NCBI GenBank assembly: GCA_965221125.1
Contig: CBDCRW010000007.1
Span: forward strand, 352,001 to 416,000
Direction of reading: 5' to 3'
From: Alphaproteobacteria bacterium
GTDB taxonomy: Bacteria; Pseudomonadota; Alphaproteobacteria; UBA828
Length of the DNA: 64,000 bases
The translations under genes and the position numbers were made by a program. The number at the start of each line of letters is the position of its first letter. Within the stretch, counting starts at the first letter, position 1. The notes beneath the pieces are model-generated. The model was not told the DNA's origin, searched no databases, and saw nothing but the letters and a program-made list of their open reading frames with translations. Below are positions 19,972 to 31,026 of this stretch, piece by piece.

Positions 19972-20389
19972 TCCGCAGCCCGGCCTCGTCATCAGCTACG
20001 CTTATCTCTGGCAACGCGAAGCGGCCAGGGGTCGCCACGAGGGCACCAAGTACCGCCCTGCCGTTGTCGTGATGGGGGTGGAACACGACGACGCTCGCGG
20101 CAAGACGGTTCTCGTGGCGCCGATCACGCATCGTCAGCCTGAGCATACTTCGGCCGCGGTGGAGATACCGCCTCAGACCAAGCGACGCCTCGGCCTCGAC
20201 CCGGAGCGATCATGGATCATCGTATCGGAGGTGAACAGGTTCGAGTGGCCGGGGCCGGACCTTCTGCCGATCGCACCGGGTGAATGGGCCTACGGCATTC
20301 TTCCGGCAGGCCTCTTTCGGGCTGTTCGCAACCGCATTGCCGACACGGCGCGTAGACGCAAGCTCGCCCAAGTCAGACGCGAGCCGTGA
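19955..20389 (+). CDS. PemK/MazF-like toxin
   Basis: PGLVISYAYLW...EGTKYRPAVVV...VAPITH...SWIIVSEVNRFEWPG; overlaps the antitoxin. Confidence 0.8.
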   Translation: MARIPDPQPGLVISYAYLWQREAARGRHEGTKYRPAVVVMGVEHDDARGKTVLVAPITHRQPEHTSAAVEIPPQTKRRLGLDPERSWIIVSEVNRFEWPGPDLLPIAPGEWAYGILPAGLFRAVRNRIADTARRRKLAQVRREP

Positions 20390-20526
20390 TCGTGTTGTCG
20401 CCGTCCGCCGTCGCGCGCACGCGGCCGCAGGGAAGTTTGGATGCCCGGAACGCGTGCGGCCATGACGAAAGGGGATCGTGCCTGCAGGATCGATCCGACG
20501 AGTTGCGAACTGCCGAGTTCAGGAAA

Positions 20527-21477
20527 CTACCCCTCCGTGCCGAACGCCTTGCGCAGCGCGGCGCAGGCGGTGGCGTGGGCCTCGGCGGCCACGTCGAACT
20601 GCCCGGTGGCGGTCCAGAAGCCGTGGATGTGGCCCTCGTAGTTGACGTACTCGGTGGGCACGCCTGCCGCCTTCAGCCTCTCGGCATACGCGCGGCCGTC
20701 GTCGAGCAGGGGATCGTGGCTCGCGGTCATCACCATCGCCGGCGGCAGCCCGCTCAGGTCCCGCGCCCTGATCGGCGCGGCCCGCAGGTCGGTGCGCTCC
20801 GACTCGTCGTTGAAGTAGCAGTCGAAGAACCAGGCCATGGACTCGGCGGTCAGCACGTAGCCGTCGGCGAAGGTCTTGTAGGACTCGCGGCCCTCGTCCG
20901 TGTCGGTGACGGGATAGACCATGAGCTGGAAGACCAGCGCGGGCCCGCCCTCGGCCTTCGCCCGCTGCGCGGTGACGGCGGTGATGCAGCCGCCGGCGGA
21001 ATCGCCGCCGATGGCGATGCGCGCCGGGTCTGCGCCGATCTCGGCCGCGTTCTCGGCGACCCAGCAGAGCGCCGCCCAGGAGTCGTCCGTCGGCTTGGGA
21101 AACCTGTTCTCCGGCGCCTTGCGGTAGTTGACGCCGACGACGATGCAGCCGGCGCCCTCGCAGAGCGCGCGGCAGACGCCGTCGTGGGTGTCGATGCTGA
21201 GCACCACGTAGCCGCTGCCGTGGTAGTTGACGTAGACCGGCAGCGGCGTGGCGGGGTCTGCGCCGGTGGGCCAGTAGAGGCGGATGCGGATCGGCCCGTG
21301 CGGCCCCGGAATGTCGCGGTCCTCCACGCGCCCCACCTCGGCGCCGGGGGCCTGCATGCCCATGACCAGATCGTGGAACGCCTCCCGCACCTCGGCGAGC
21401 GGGCGTTCCGCGATGGGCGGCACCTCGATCGCGTTGATCTCGTCGCAGAACGCCTGAACCTGCGGATGCAGAGCCAT
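20527..21477 (-). CDS. Esterase/lipase, HSL (alpha/beta hydrolase-3) family
   Basis: HGSGY oxyanion variant, GDSAGG nucleophile, DPL and HGF triad residues. Confidence 0.92.
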   Translation of the reverse strand: MALHPQVQAFCDEINAIEVPPIAERPLAEVREAFHDLVMGMQAPGAEVGRVEDRDIPGPHGPIRIRLYWPTGADPATPLPVYVNYHGSGYVVLSIDTHDGVCRALCEGAGCIVVGVNYRKAPENRFPKPTDDSWAALCWVAENAAEIGADPARIAIGGDSAGGCITAVTAQRAKAEGGPALVFQLMVYPVTDTDEGRESYKTFADGYVLTAESMAWFFDCYFNDESERTDLRAAPIRARDLSGLPPAMVMTASHDPLLDDGRAYAERLKAAGVPTEYVNYEGHIHGFWTATGQFDVAAEAHATACAALRKAFGTEG

Positions 21478-21739
21478 GATCCCCCCTCGCGCGTGCTGGT
21501 CTGACCGTGCTTCATGTTAGCCCGGATGTCCCGGCCGGGTCATGGCCCGCGGCGTCGCGCGGAACGCGCGCGGAACACAGGACGCAGGCGCGCGGCATTC
21601 GCAGCGCGCCCGGAATCGCGCAAGGCACGCGTCTCGTGTACGATCCGGCGGTATCTGCCGGCGACGCACGCCGCCCGCGCGCTCACTTGTGCGCGCTCCA
21701 ACGCGTCGATGCGATGGGCGCACCGATGAGGTCGGTCAC

Positions 21740-22192
21740 ATGCAGATGACGAAGTACAGCGACTACTCGTTGCGGGCCCTCATCTATCTGGGCCTCAACC
21801 GCCACCGGCGCTGCACGATCCGGGAAATCTCCGACGCCTACGGCATTTCCGAGAACCACCTGATGAAGCTGGTCCATCAGCTCGGTCAGGAGGGATTCAT
21901 CAGGACGACCCGGGGCAAGAACGGCGGCCTCGAACTGGCGATGCCGGCGAGCGAGATCAATCTGGGCAAGGTCATCCGCGCGACCGAAGGCAACTTTCAG
22001 CTGGTCGAGTGCTTCGCCGGGCGCGAGGAGAACACCTGCCCCATCGCGGGGCCGTGCCGCCTCACCGGGGTCCTCGAAGAGGGCCTGCAGGCCTTCTTCG
22101 ACGTGCTCGACCAGTACACGCTGCAGGACATGCTGGTGCCGGCCCCGGCGTTCAGGCGCATCTTCGCAGCCAGGGAAGCAGCCCGGCTCTAG
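21740..22192 (+). CDS. nsrR: Rrf2-family NO-sensing repressor, NsrR-like
   Basis: SDYSLRALIYL, NHLMK, RGKNGG, three Cys (ECF..NTCPIAGPC); next to nirK. Confidence 0.8.
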   Translation: MQMTKYSDYSLRALIYLGLNRHRRCTIREISDAYGISENHLMKLVHQLGQEGFIRTTRGKNGGLELAMPASEINLGKVIRATEGNFQLVECFAGREENTCPIAGPCRLTGVLEEGLQAFFDVLDQYTLQDMLVPAPAFRRIFAAREAARL

Positions 22193-22425
22193 AGCGATTT
22201 CCGATCTTACGAGATCGCTGCGGCCCGACGAAACCCACCTCCCCCTGTCCCCCTCCTCCCAGGAGGAGGGGGAACGAAGGCGCCAGCAGCCTTTTCTCCC
22301 TCTCCTCCCCGCCGGGGAGGAGAGGGCCGGGGTGAGGTGGGGGTTTCTTTTCGGGCGACGCGATATGTGAGGGCGTGACCGTGCGGCAACCAGGTGCGAT
22401 CCTACTCGGCTGGATTGTGCTCTAG
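22189..22425. mobile_element. MITE-like element bounded by CTAG and carrying a family A core
   Basis: CTAGAGCGATTTCCGATCTTAC...GGATTGTGCTCTAG; its left CTAG contains the nsrR TAG stop. Confidence 0.75.
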
Positions 22426-23139
22426 CCGCCCTCACATCGCTTCGGGGAAAGGCGGGCCGCCCCCGGCGTAGCGGGAGCAGCCCGGAAATCGCAAACGTTT
22501 TACGCCGTCATCATGGTCGGCGGCTGCACCTGCGTCATCAGGTCGTGGTTCCACTCGCCGTCGACGACGACGGTGGCCAGACAGCCAAGCTGGACCGCCT
22601 CGATCAGGTTGTGGGAGAGGTACACGTAGACCCCCGACTGCAGGAAGGTGTAGAGCGCCGCCCCGGCCGAGCCGCCGCGGATGAACCAGGTCTCCAGCCC
22701 TTCCGCCGGCGGGTCGACGAAGGAGCCCTGCTCCCACACATAGTCGCCGTGTCCGCCGATGAGATGCGGCCGGGAATCGCGGTTGGCCTGGGAGTGGATG
22801 AACAGCACCGATTCGCCGACGTTGGCCGTGAGCGTGTTGTCGCCGGTGAGCGCGCCGACCCGGCCGTTCAGCACGACGTGGGTGGGCGTGAGCGTCTGCA
22901 TGACGTCGAACATGTCCGCCATGCCCTCGCCGTGGTCGGCGTAGTCGATGAAGTCGCCGTCGGCATCGCGGGGTACGTAAAAGTCCTGCTCGCCGATGTA
23001 ATAGGCCCGGTCGTAGCCGAGCGCGTTGCCGTGGCGGTCCTTCAAGCCGTCGCGCGGCAGCACCATCACCGCCCCGTTCATGCCCGAGACGACGTGGAAG
23101 GGGATCATCGAGCCCCCCGGCGCGCAGTGGTAGATGTAG

Positions 23140-24752
23140 CCCGAATTATTCATGGCAGGTCTGGTTTTGGGGTGGCGGACGTAGCGTAAGTCGTTGCCAT
23201 CGGGTAGGAATTCGTTGCCGAGGCGTCTTCCTCTCCGAACAACGAAAATGCCACGCCCGCCATGACCGACGATAGTCTTCTTCCCTTCGATCTGCCAAGC
23301 GTCCAACGCAAGAAGGTGAGCGCCGCCTTCGACGGCGGCCTGATCTCGTCTGACGGCGGCCTCGTCCTGCTTCGTGAGGCGGAACGCAGCTTGCGCCTGG
23401 CCGAGACCCTGGCCGGCTGCATCCGCGACCGGCGCAAGCAGGCGCAGGTGATCCACTCGCTCTCGGCCATGCTGCGCTTCCGCATGTTCGCCATTGCGTG
23501 TGGCTACGAAGATGCCGACGACTGCGACGCGCTGCGCGCGGACCCTCTGTTCAAGCTGGCCTCAGGCAAGGCGCCGGAGAGCGGCCGCGCACTCTGCTCC
23601 CAGCCGACCATGAGCCGCCTGGAGAACGCGCCGTCTCGTATCGAGGTGGCGCGCATGACGGCGGCGCTGGTCGATCTCTTCTGCCGCAGCTTCCAAGCCC
23701 CTCCCGCCGCCATAACCCTTGACATCGACGACACCTGCGATGCGGTGCACGGCCACCAGCAGCTCTCGCTCTTCAACGCTCATTACGACACGCGCTGCTT
23801 CCTGCCCGTCCACGTCTACCATGTGGAAAGCGGCAAGCCGGTGGCGGTCCTCCTGCGCCCGGGCAAGACGCCGTCGGGCCCTGAGGTCCGCACCCTCATC
23901 AAGCATCTGGTCCGCCGCATCCGCCGCCACTGGCCGCACACCCGGATCGTCTTCCGCGGAGACAGCCACTACGGCCGCCCGGAAGCCATGGCCTGGTGCG
24001 AGGAGAACGGGGTCGACTACATCTTCGGCCTCGCGGGCAACCGCGCGCTGCACGCGCTCGCATACGAGATGGCCGACGATCTCAAGGTGCGCCGCGCCAA
24101 GGCCGGCGCAGACAGGATGCGCAGCTTCACCGCCTTCGACTACGCCGCCCGCTCCTGGAGCTGCGAACGCCGGGTCGTCGCCCGGCTCGAGGCGAGCACC
24201 CGCGGCTTCGATGCCCGCTATGTCGTCACCTCACTCAAGGGCGAGCCCCGCCATCTCTACGAAGACATCTACTGCGCCCGCGGCCAGGCCGAGAACCTGA
24301 TCAAGATGCACAAGGGCCAGCTCGCCTCGGACCGCACCTCCTGCCAGAGCCCGCTCGCCAATCAGCTCAGGCTGGTCCTCCACACCGCAGCCTACTGGCT
24401 CATGCTCGCGCTGCGCGACGCCATTCCCCGCGCCGCGCCGCTCGCCCGTGCAGAGTTTGCAACCCTCAGGCTGCGCCTCCTCAAGATCGGTGCCCGCGTC
24501 ATCGAGAAGGCCACCCGCATCCGCATCCACTTCGCCTCGGCCTGCCCCGACGCCGCCCTCTTCCGCCTGCTCGCAGGCCGCCTCGCCGCAGCAGGCCCAT
24601 GAGCGACGGGGCGGCGTGCCCCAATCACCCAGGCTCCATAAACCATCAACCCGATAACGACCATCCTCAGTTCCCGACGCCAAACCGCGTCAGGCCCCGA
24701 CGCGCCCAATCAACCGAGCATCAAGTGCAAGGCAGTCCATGAATAGGTCGGG
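23140..24752 (+). mobile_element. IS1380-family insertion sequence
   Basis: Terminal inverted repeats CCCGAATTATTCATG / CATGAATAGGTCGGG; GTAG target duplication at 23136-23139 and 24753-24756. Confidence 0.93.
23262..24602 (+). CDS. IS1380-family DDE transposase
   Basis: [50 protein letters not shown]. Confidence 0.95.
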   Translation: MTDDSLLPFDLPSVQRKKVSAAFDGGLISSDGGLVLLREAERSLRLAETLAGCIRDRRKQAQVIHSLSAMLRFRMFAIACGYEDADDCDALRADPLFKLASGKAPESGRALCSQPTMSRLENAPSRIEVARMTAALVDLFCRSFQAPPAAITLDIDDTCDAVHGHQQLSLFNAHYDTRCFLPVHVYHVESGKPVAVLLRPGKTPSGPEVRTLIKHLVRRIRRHWPHTRIVFRGDSHYGRPEAMAWCEENGVDYIFGLAGNRALHALAYEMADDLKVRRAKAGADRMRSFTAFDYAARSWSCERRVVARLEASTRGFDARYVVTSLKGEPRHLYEDIYCARGQAENLIKMHKGQLASDRTSCQSPLANQLRLVLHTAAYWLMLALRDAIPRAAPLARAEFATLRLRLLKIGARVIEKATRIRIHFASACPDAALFRLLAGRLAAAGP

Positions 24753-25341
24753 GTAGGTGCCGGGCTTGGTCGCCTTCCAGCGCAGCATGACCTGCTCGCC
24801 GGGCGAGACGAGCGTGAGCGCGCCGCCGCCGAGCGCGCCGGTCGACGCGTGGAAGTCGATGTTGTGCTCGAAGACGTTGCTCTCCGGGTTCTTCAGCGTG
24901 AGCTCGATGTAGTCGCCTTCGTGGCAGATCATCAGCGGGCCGGGGATCGAGCCGTTGAACGACAGCGTGTTGAGCATGGTGCCGTCGTCGTCGATCTCGC
25001 GCTTGTCCTCGGTGGCGGTGAGCTCGACCTCGATGATCTTGGGCCCGTCCATGGCGACCTGCTCATGGGCCGGCACGAAGGGCGGAGCGACGAGCTCCTG
25101 CTTCACCCTGGGAAGGCCGCTCAGGTCCACCTCGCTGGCCGAGGCCAGCTTGATCGGGACCGCGGCCGAGGCGGCGCCGAGGGCGCCCCCCATCTTCAGA
25201 ACGTCGCGCCTGTTCACGTGCAGCATGGCTGGTGTCTCCTCCTCGACGGTTGCCCCAACGCGTGTGCTCGACGCGCCCGAACGAGGATCGCCCCCAAGCC
25301 AGCCCATCGGACAGGTCACGGAGACGGCCCTTGAGCGCTTG

Positions 25342-25364
25342 AAGATGTATTTTGAATAAAGGTT
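25342..25364. promoter_or_regulatory. Candidate NsrR operator upstream of nirK
   Basis: AAGATGTATTT-T-GAATAAAGGTT resembles the 11-1-11 NsrR box; one half-site is good, the other degenerate. Confidence 0.55.
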
Positions 25365-25472
25365 CAGGGCCGTCAAGAGAAACCGCCCCTGCACGGGACG
25401 CCATTGCGAAGAGTGGGCGGCGGAACGACAATGCGCCGCAGCGAAGCCGCGATGCCGGGGAGGCGAAGGGCG

Positions 25473-27470
25473 ATGAACGAGAGCGCGAGCAGCAACATCA
25501 CCGTGGGGGCGGAGACGCTCCAGGAACTCTACGTCACCATGCGCCGCATCCGCGCCTTCGAGGAGAAGACCGCCGACCTCTTCCAGGAGGGCGTGGTCAA
25601 GGGCACGGCCCACAGCTACAAGGGCGAGGAGGCGATCGCGGCCGGAGTCTGCGCGGCGCTCCGCGACGAGGACATCATCGCCTCCTACCATCGCGGCCAC
25701 GGCCACTGCATCGCCAAGGGTGCCCGCATCGACCGCATGATGGCGGAGCTGATGGGCCGCCAGACCGGCTACTGCCAGGGCCTCGGCGGCTCCATGCACA
25801 TCGCCGACATGGAGCTCAACATCATGGGCGCCAACGGCATCGTCGGCGCGGCCATGCCGCTCGCCACCGGCGCGGGCCTCGCGGCGAAGCTGCAGGGGAC
25901 GGACAAGGTGGCGGTCGCCTTCTTCGGCGACGGCGCGTCGAATCAGGGCGTCTTCCACGAATCGCTCAACCTCGCGGCGGTGTGGAAGCTGCCGGTGATC
26001 TTCGTCTGCGAGAACAACCAGTACGCGCTGTCCACCTCCTACCGCAACACCACCGCCGTCTCCCAGGTCTCGAACCGGGCGGCGTCCTACGAGATCCCCG
26101 GCATCACGGTGGACGGCAACGACGGCGTCGAGGTCTACCTCGTGCTGCGCGAGGCGGTGGACCGCGCCCGCGCCGGCGAGGGGCCGACGCTGATCGAGGC
26201 GATGACGTACCGCCACGGCCAGCACTCGCTCCGCGTCAACCTGCGCGACCCCCGGCCCGAGGACGAGCTGGAATCCTGGCTCAACCGCGACCCCATCGAC
26301 CGCATGGAGGAGCGGCTCACCGCCGAGGGCGGCTTCTCGGCGGAGACATTCGACGAGACCACGCAGGCGGTGGAGGAGGAGCTGGAGACCGCCGTCACCT
26401 ACGGCCGCGAGAGCCCGGAACCGCCGCTCAACGTGATGCTGGAGTCCGTCTACGCCCCCCACGCGGCGCACACCGAGCCCGGCCCCGAAAAAACCGAGCG
26501 CATGCTCTCCTACCCCGAGGCGCTCAACGAGGCGCTGGACCAGGAGATGCTGCGCGACGACCGCGTCTTCCTCATGGGCGAGGACGTGGGCGCCACCGGC
26601 GGCATCTTCGGCGTCTCCAAGAACCTGATGGAGCGCTACGGGCCTGAGCGCGTGCGCGACACGCCGATCTCCGAGGCCACCTTCGTCGGCTGCGGCGTGG
26701 GCGCCGCCATCGCCGGCATGCGCCCTGTCGTGGAGATCCAGATCTTCGACTTCGTGGCGCTCACCATGGACATGCTGGTGAACCAGGCGGCCAAGTTCCG
26801 CTTCATGCTCGGCGGCAAGCCCTCGGTGCCGCTGGTGGTGCGCGGACCGCAAGGCGGCGGCATCCGCCTCGCGGCCCAGCACAGCCAGAGCCTAGAAGCG
26901 TGGTTCACCCACGTGCCGGGGCTGGTGGTCGCCGCGCCGTCCACGCCCTACGACGCGAAGGGCCTGCTGGTCGCCGCGATCCGCGACGAGAACCCGGTGG
27001 TCTTCCTGGAGCAAAAACTGCTCTACCTCGGCGGCAACGGCCCGGTGCCGGAGGAGCTGTACGCGATCCCGCTCGGCAAGGCCGACATCAAGCGCGCGGG
27101 CACGGACGTGACCGTGGTGGCGACGTCGGCCATGGTGCCGCGCGCGCTGAGCGCGGCCACGGTGCTGGAGCGCGACGGCATCAGCGTCGAGGTCGTCGAC
27201 CCCCGCACCCTGCAGCCGCTCGACGAGGAGACCATCCTCGCTAGCGTGCGCAAGACCAACCGGCTGCTCATCGTGCACGAGGCCTGGGTGCGCGGCGGCT
27301 TCGGGGCCGAGGTCGCCGCCATGGTGGTGGACAAGGCCTTCGACTATCTCGACGCCCCCGTCGCCCGCCTCGGCGCGCCGCACACGCCGATGCCCTACAA
27401 CGACCGCCTCGAGCTGGAGGTCATCCCCTCGCAGGAGCGCATCGTGGACGCCATAAGGGCGCTGCTGTAG
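25473..27470 (+). CDS. TPP-dependent 2-oxoacid/acetoin dehydrogenase E1, fused alpha+beta
   Basis: GGSMH, FFGDGA..ENNQY TPP motif; GEDVG, DTPISE, QHSQS. Confidence 0.92.
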   Translation: MNESASSNITVGAETLQELYVTMRRIRAFEEKTADLFQEGVVKGTAHSYKGEEAIAAGVCAALRDEDIIASYHRGHGHCIAKGARIDRMMAELMGRQTGYCQGLGGSMHIADMELNIMGANGIVGAAMPLATGAGLAAKLQGTDKVAVAFFGDGASNQGVFHESLNLAAVWKLPVIFVCENNQYALSTSYRNTTAVSQVSNRAASYEIPGITVDGNDGVEVYLVLREAVDRARAGEGPTLIEAMTYRHGQHSLRVNLRDPRPEDELESWLNRDPIDRMEERLTAEGGFSAETFDETTQAVEEELETAVTYGRESPEPPLNVMLESVYAPHAAHTEPGPEKTERMLSYPEALNEALDQEMLRDDRVFLMGEDVGATGGIFGVSKNLMERYGPERVRDTPISEATFVGCGVGAAIAGMRPVVEIQIFDFVALTMDMLVNQAAKFRFMLGGKPSVPLVVRGPQGGGIRLAAQHSQSLEAWFTHVPGLVVAAPSTPYDAKGLLVAAIRDENPVVFLEQKLLYLGGNGPVPEELYAIPLGKADIKRAGTDVTVVATSAMVPRALSAATVLERDGISVEVVDPRTLQPLDEETILASVRKTNRLLIVHEAWVRGGFGAEVAAMVVDKAFDYLDAPVARLGAPHTPMPYNDRLELEVIPSQERIVDAIRALL

Positions 27471-27494
27471 CCCCGGCCCAGTCTCTCCCTACGT

Positions 27495-27585
27495 CGTCAC
27501 GCCCGCACGCGTTGCGGGCATCCACATTCTTGTTCGGGGCTGCACGAACAACCCGTGGATGTCCGGGACGAGCCCGGCCGTGACG
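27495..27585. repeat. REP-like family B repeat between convergent genes
   Basis: GTCACGCCCGC..GCGGGCATCCAC...GTGGATGTCCGGGACGAGCCCGGCCGTGAC. Confidence 0.8.
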
Positions 27586-27601
27586 TGATAGGGCGGCGCC
27601 C

Positions 27602-28288
27602 TCAGTCCTGAAACAGGCCTGCCTCCCTGAGGGAGACGTGGCGGGAGCGGCCGATCACCAGGTGATCGTGGACGGTGACGCCGAGCGTGGCGCCGGCCTT
27701 CGCGACCTCCCTGGTGAGCTCGATGTCGGCGCGCGACGGGCTGGGATCGCCCGAGGGGTGGTTGTGCACCAGGATGACGGCGCTCGCTCCGTGCTGGAGC
27801 GCGCGCTTGATGACCTCGCGCGGGTACAGCACCACGTGGTCGACCGTGCCGTGCTGCTGCTCCTCGTCGGCGATCAGCGTGTTGTGGCTGTCGAGAAAGA
27901 GCACGCGAAAGTGCTCGGTCTTCTTGTGGCCCAGCTGGGCCGAGCAGTAATCCAGCACCGCCTGCCACGTGCCGATGACCGGCCGGCCTCTCACCGCCTC
28001 CCGCAGCGTGCGCACGCCCAGCGCCTCGACGAGCTTGAGCGTGTGGACCACCGCATCGCCCACGCCGTCGACCTCCTTCAGCGCCTCCTTCTCGGCGCCG
28101 AGCACGCCGCCGACGGTGCCGAAGCGGTCCATCAGACGCTTGGCGAGCGGCTTGGTGTCGCCTCGGGGTATCGCGCGGAACAGCAGCAGCTCAAGCAGCT
28201 CGTAGTCGGGCAGGCCGTCGGCGCCCGTCTTGTCGAAGCGCTCGCGCAGCCGCTCGCGGTGGCCGTGATAGTGGGGCTTCTTCGCCAC
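27602..28288 (-). CDS. radC: RadC (JAB domain) protein
   Basis: GHRERLRERF, DYELLELLL, HNHPSGDPSPSRAD, HDH. Confidence 0.95.
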   Translation of the reverse strand: MAKKPHYHGHRERLRERFDKTGADGLPDYELLELLLFRAIPRGDTKPLAKRLMDRFGTVGGVLGAEKEALKEVDGVGDAVVHTLKLVEALGVRTLREAVRGRPVIGTWQAVLDYCSAQLGHKKTEHFRVLFLDSHNTLIADEEQQHGTVDHVVLYPREVIKRALQHGASAVILVHNHPSGDPSPSRADIELTREVAKAGATLGVTVHDHLVIGRSRHVSLREAGLFQD

Positions 28289-28290
28289 CG

Positions 28291-29199
28291 TCAGGAATCG
28301 TAGGGGGGCTTGGTGTGCCCCAGCGGTGAGAGGGTGAAGATCTCGTAGCCCTCCTCGGTGACGCCGATGGTGTGCTCGAACTGGGCGGAGAGCGAGCGGT
28401 CCTTGGTGACCGCGGTCCAGCCGTCGCGCAGCAGCTTCACCTGCCAGCCGCCGAGATTGATCATCGGCTCCACCGTGAAGAACATGCCGGGTGCGAGCGT
28501 GGGCCCCGTGCCGGGCTCGCCGTAGTGCAGCACGTTCGGCGCGTCGTGGAAGATGCGCCCGATGCCGTGGCCGCAAAAGTCCCGCACCACGGCGCAGCGC
28601 TTGCCCTCGGCATAGCTCTGGATGGCGTGGCCAATGTCGCCGAGCCGCGCGCCGGGCCTCACCGCGTCGATGCCGCGCATCATGGCCTCGTAGGTGACGT
28701 CGACGAGCCGGCGCGCCTTCACGCTCGGCTGGCCGACGTAAAACATGCGGCTCGTGTCCCCGTGCCAGCCGTCGAGGATCACGGTCACGTCGATGTTCAC
28801 GATGTCGCCCTTCTGCAGCCGCTTGTCGCCGGGGATGCCGTGGCAGACGACGTGGTTGACCGAGGTGCAGATGGATTTCGGGTAGCCCCGATAGCCGAGC
28901 GGGGCCGGCACCGCGCCGTGGTCGACGATGTAGTCGTGGCAGAACGTGTCGAGGGTCTCCGTCGCGACGCCGGGCTCGACCATCGGCGTCAGCGCATCGA
29001 GCACCTCCGCCGCGAGGTGGCCGGCGTCGCGCATCGCCGCGAACGCGTCCGCGCCGTGGGTCTTGATGCTCCGCTCGATGACTTGCGCGCCACTACCGGA
29101 AGACACGGCTGGCCTCGCTCGCTCGGTTCGGTCCACGGACGCGGCCCGCAGAAGGCCCACCCGCCGCGCACAATCTAGTCGGTATCGCGCTCCGTTCAA
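28291..29199 (-). CDS. map: Methionine aminopeptidase type I (true start probably downstream of 29199)
   Basis: SICTSVNHVVCHGIP, DVT..GWHGDTS, GHGIG, EPM, SAQFEHT. Confidence 0.95.
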   Translation of the reverse strand: MNGARYRLDCARRVGLLRAASVDRTERARPAVSSGSGAQVIERSIKTHGADAFAAMRDAGHLAAEVLDALTPMVEPGVATETLDTFCHDYIVDHGAVPAPLGYRGYPKSICTSVNHVVCHGIPGDKRLQKGDIVNIDVTVILDGWHGDTSRMFYVGQPSVKARRLVDVTYEAMMRGIDAVRPGARLGDIGHAIQSYAEGKRCAVVRDFCGHGIGRIFHDAPNVLHYGEPGTGPTLAPGMFFTVEPMINLGGWQVKLLRDGWTAVTKDRSLSAQFEHTIGVTEEGYEIFTLSPLGHTKPPYDS

Positions 29200-29217
29200 T
29201 AGGACCGGAGCGGCAAT

Positions 29218-29922
29218 CTAGCCCAAGTCCTCGATCGGAAGCGGCCGGTCCACCGCGATGCCCTCCGGGCATAGCCGGCAGGCGTGGGCGAGGGCCTCCA
29301 CGCCGCTCGCACGCGCCTCTGCGAAGGCAGCGGCATAGACCGGGTCGATGTCGGCGGCCAGCGCGAAGCTCTCGCAGTCCTCGCGCTGCACGATGTAGAG
29401 CATCACGGCGCGGGCGCCGCCCTCGGCCACGGCCGCCAGCTCGCGCAGGTGCTTCGTGCCGCGCGCGGTCACGCTGTCGGGGAACGCGGCGACCGGGCCC
29501 CGCTTCAGGTGGACGTTCTTGACCTCGACGTAGCAGGCCGGCCGGCCCGACGCTCCGAGCACGAAATCCACGCGCGAGCGCTCGCCATACGGGACCTCGC
29601 GGCGGATCGTGTCGTAGCCAGAAAGCGGCGGGATCGCGCCGGCCGCCATGGCTTCCTCGGCGAGCCCGTTGGGCCGGCCGGCATTGACGCCCACCAGGCC
29701 ATCGCCGATTCGCACCATCTCCCAGCTGAAGGGGAGCTTCCGCTTCGGGTTCGCGGCGGGCGAGAGCCAGGTCTCGAGCCCTACGTCCACGAGCCCCGTC
29801 ATGGCGCCGGGGTTGGCAACGTGGGCGGTGACGGTGCTGCCGTCGCCCAGGCGGTGATCGCTGAGGAAGCGCTTGTAGCGCCTGACGAGCGTCGCGCGGC
29901 GGAGGGGGAGGGGGAATTTCAT
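29218..29922 (-). CDS. sfsA: DNA/RNA nuclease SfsA
   Basis: RYKRFL, NPGAM, SRVDF, YVEVKNV, FPDSVTARGTKHLREL. Confidence 0.95.
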   Translation of the reverse strand: MKFPLPLRRATLVRRYKRFLSDHRLGDGSTVTAHVANPGAMTGLVDVGLETWLSPAANPKRKLPFSWEMVRIGDGLVGVNAGRPNGLAEEAMAAGAIPPLSGYDTIRREVPYGERSRVDFVLGASGRPACYVEVKNVHLKRGPVAAFPDSVTARGTKHLRELAAVAEGGARAVMLYIVQREDCESFALAADIDPVYAAAFAEARASGVEALAHACRLCPEGIAVDRPLPIEDLG

Positions 29923-30055
29923 GGGCGTCTCATAGGCCACGCTCCGGTCTCGCCTCAAGGGCCCCGCGCCATCGCGCCATGGCCGCGCCGCGCGCGCCGC
30001 TCTATGCTCTGCGCCGCCCCGCGCCCAATCGCACGCCCAACCGAGCAGCACCGTC

Positions 30056-30832
30056 ATGTCGGAAGCCCCCGTCACCGCCGCCCTGGTCGTCATCGGCAAC
30101 GAGATCCTCTCGGGCCGGACCAAGGACGTGAACGTCGCCTATCTCGCCCGCCAGCTCACGGCCATGGGCATCCAGCTCGCCGAGGTCCGCATGGTGCGGG
30201 ACGAGGAGCGCGCGATCATCGCCGCCGTCAACACGCTGCGCGCGGCGCACGACTACGTCTTCACCACGGGCGGCATCGGCCCCACGCACGACGACATCAC
30301 CAGCGAGTCGGTGGCGCGGGCCTTCAACCTGCCCTACCGCATCCACCCAGAGGCGAGGCGCATCCTGGTGGATTTTTATCGCGACACCGGGCGCGAGCTG
30401 AACGAGGCGCGCATGCGCATGGCGCACACGCCGGAGGGCGCGACGCTGATCGAGAACCCGGTGAGCCGGGCGCCGGGTTTTCGGGTCGAGAACGTCCACG
30501 TGCTGGCGGGCATTCCGGCCGTGATGCGCGCGATGTTCGAGAGCGTGGCGCCGACGCTGAAGGGCGGGCGCACGGTCAAGTCGCGCGAGATCGCCGTGCT
30601 GCTGGGCGAGGGCGACGTGGCCGCCCGCCTCGAAGGGCTGCAGGAGCGGTTCCCGTCGCTCGAGATCGGCAGCTACCCCTTCGTCCGCGACGGCAGCTTC
30701 GGCACGACGCTGGTCTTACGCGGCACCGACGAGGGCGAGATCGCGCAAGCCGGCGACGAGCTCTGCACCATCCTGCGCGAGCTCGGCGGCGATCCGGAAT
30801 CGCCGCCCGCGCCGCCGGCACCGATCGGTTGA
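30056..30832 (+). CDS. CinA-like / molybdopterin-binding domain protein
   Basis: IGNEILSGRTKD.N, TTGGIGPTHDDIT, IGSYP. Confidence 0.9.
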   Translation: MSEAPVTAALVVIGNEILSGRTKDVNVAYLARQLTAMGIQLAEVRMVRDEERAIIAAVNTLRAAHDYVFTTGGIGPTHDDITSESVARAFNLPYRIHPEARRILVDFYRDTGRELNEARMRMAHTPEGATLIENPVSRAPGFRVENVHVLAGIPAVMRAMFESVAPTLKGGRTVKSREIAVLLGEGDVAARLEGLQERFPSLEIGSYPFVRDGSFGTTLVLRGTDEGEIAQAGDELCTILRELGGDPESPPAPPAPIG

Positions 30833-30916
30833 GGCAGGCGCGCGGCTTTCCGCCAGCCGGCGGTGCCGCCTGCCGGCGGTTGCTGGAGGCCGCCCAGCTT
30901 CCTATCGTGTCCCTCA

Positions 30917-31003
30917 GCCCGCGTGGCGGAATTGGTAGACGCATCGGACTTAAAATCCGTTGGCCTTCGGGCCGTCCCGGTTCGAGTCCGGGCGCGGGCA
31001 CCA
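30917..31003 (+). tRNA. tRNA-Leu (anticodon TAA)
   Basis: GCCCGCG acceptor stem, GGAATTGGTAGAC D arm, CTTAAAA loop, long variable arm, GTTCGAGTC, encoded CCA. Confidence 0.97.
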
Positions 31004-31026
31004 GCGCTCCGTAATCAGAATCCCGA

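Larger units (their letters stand above)
22500..25226 (-). pseudogene. nirK: Copper-containing nitrite reductase interrupted by IS1380 (5' part 25226-24753, 3' part 23139-22500)
   Basis: Tat signal NRRDVLK; HNIDFHAS; rejoined [24 protein letters not shown]; [11 protein letters not shown]; SHNLIE. Confidence 0.93.

Noticed and set aside
27602-28288. RadC/JAB as an anti-defence or mobile-element gene
   Set aside because: Full-length chromosomal radC in the usual map-radC context
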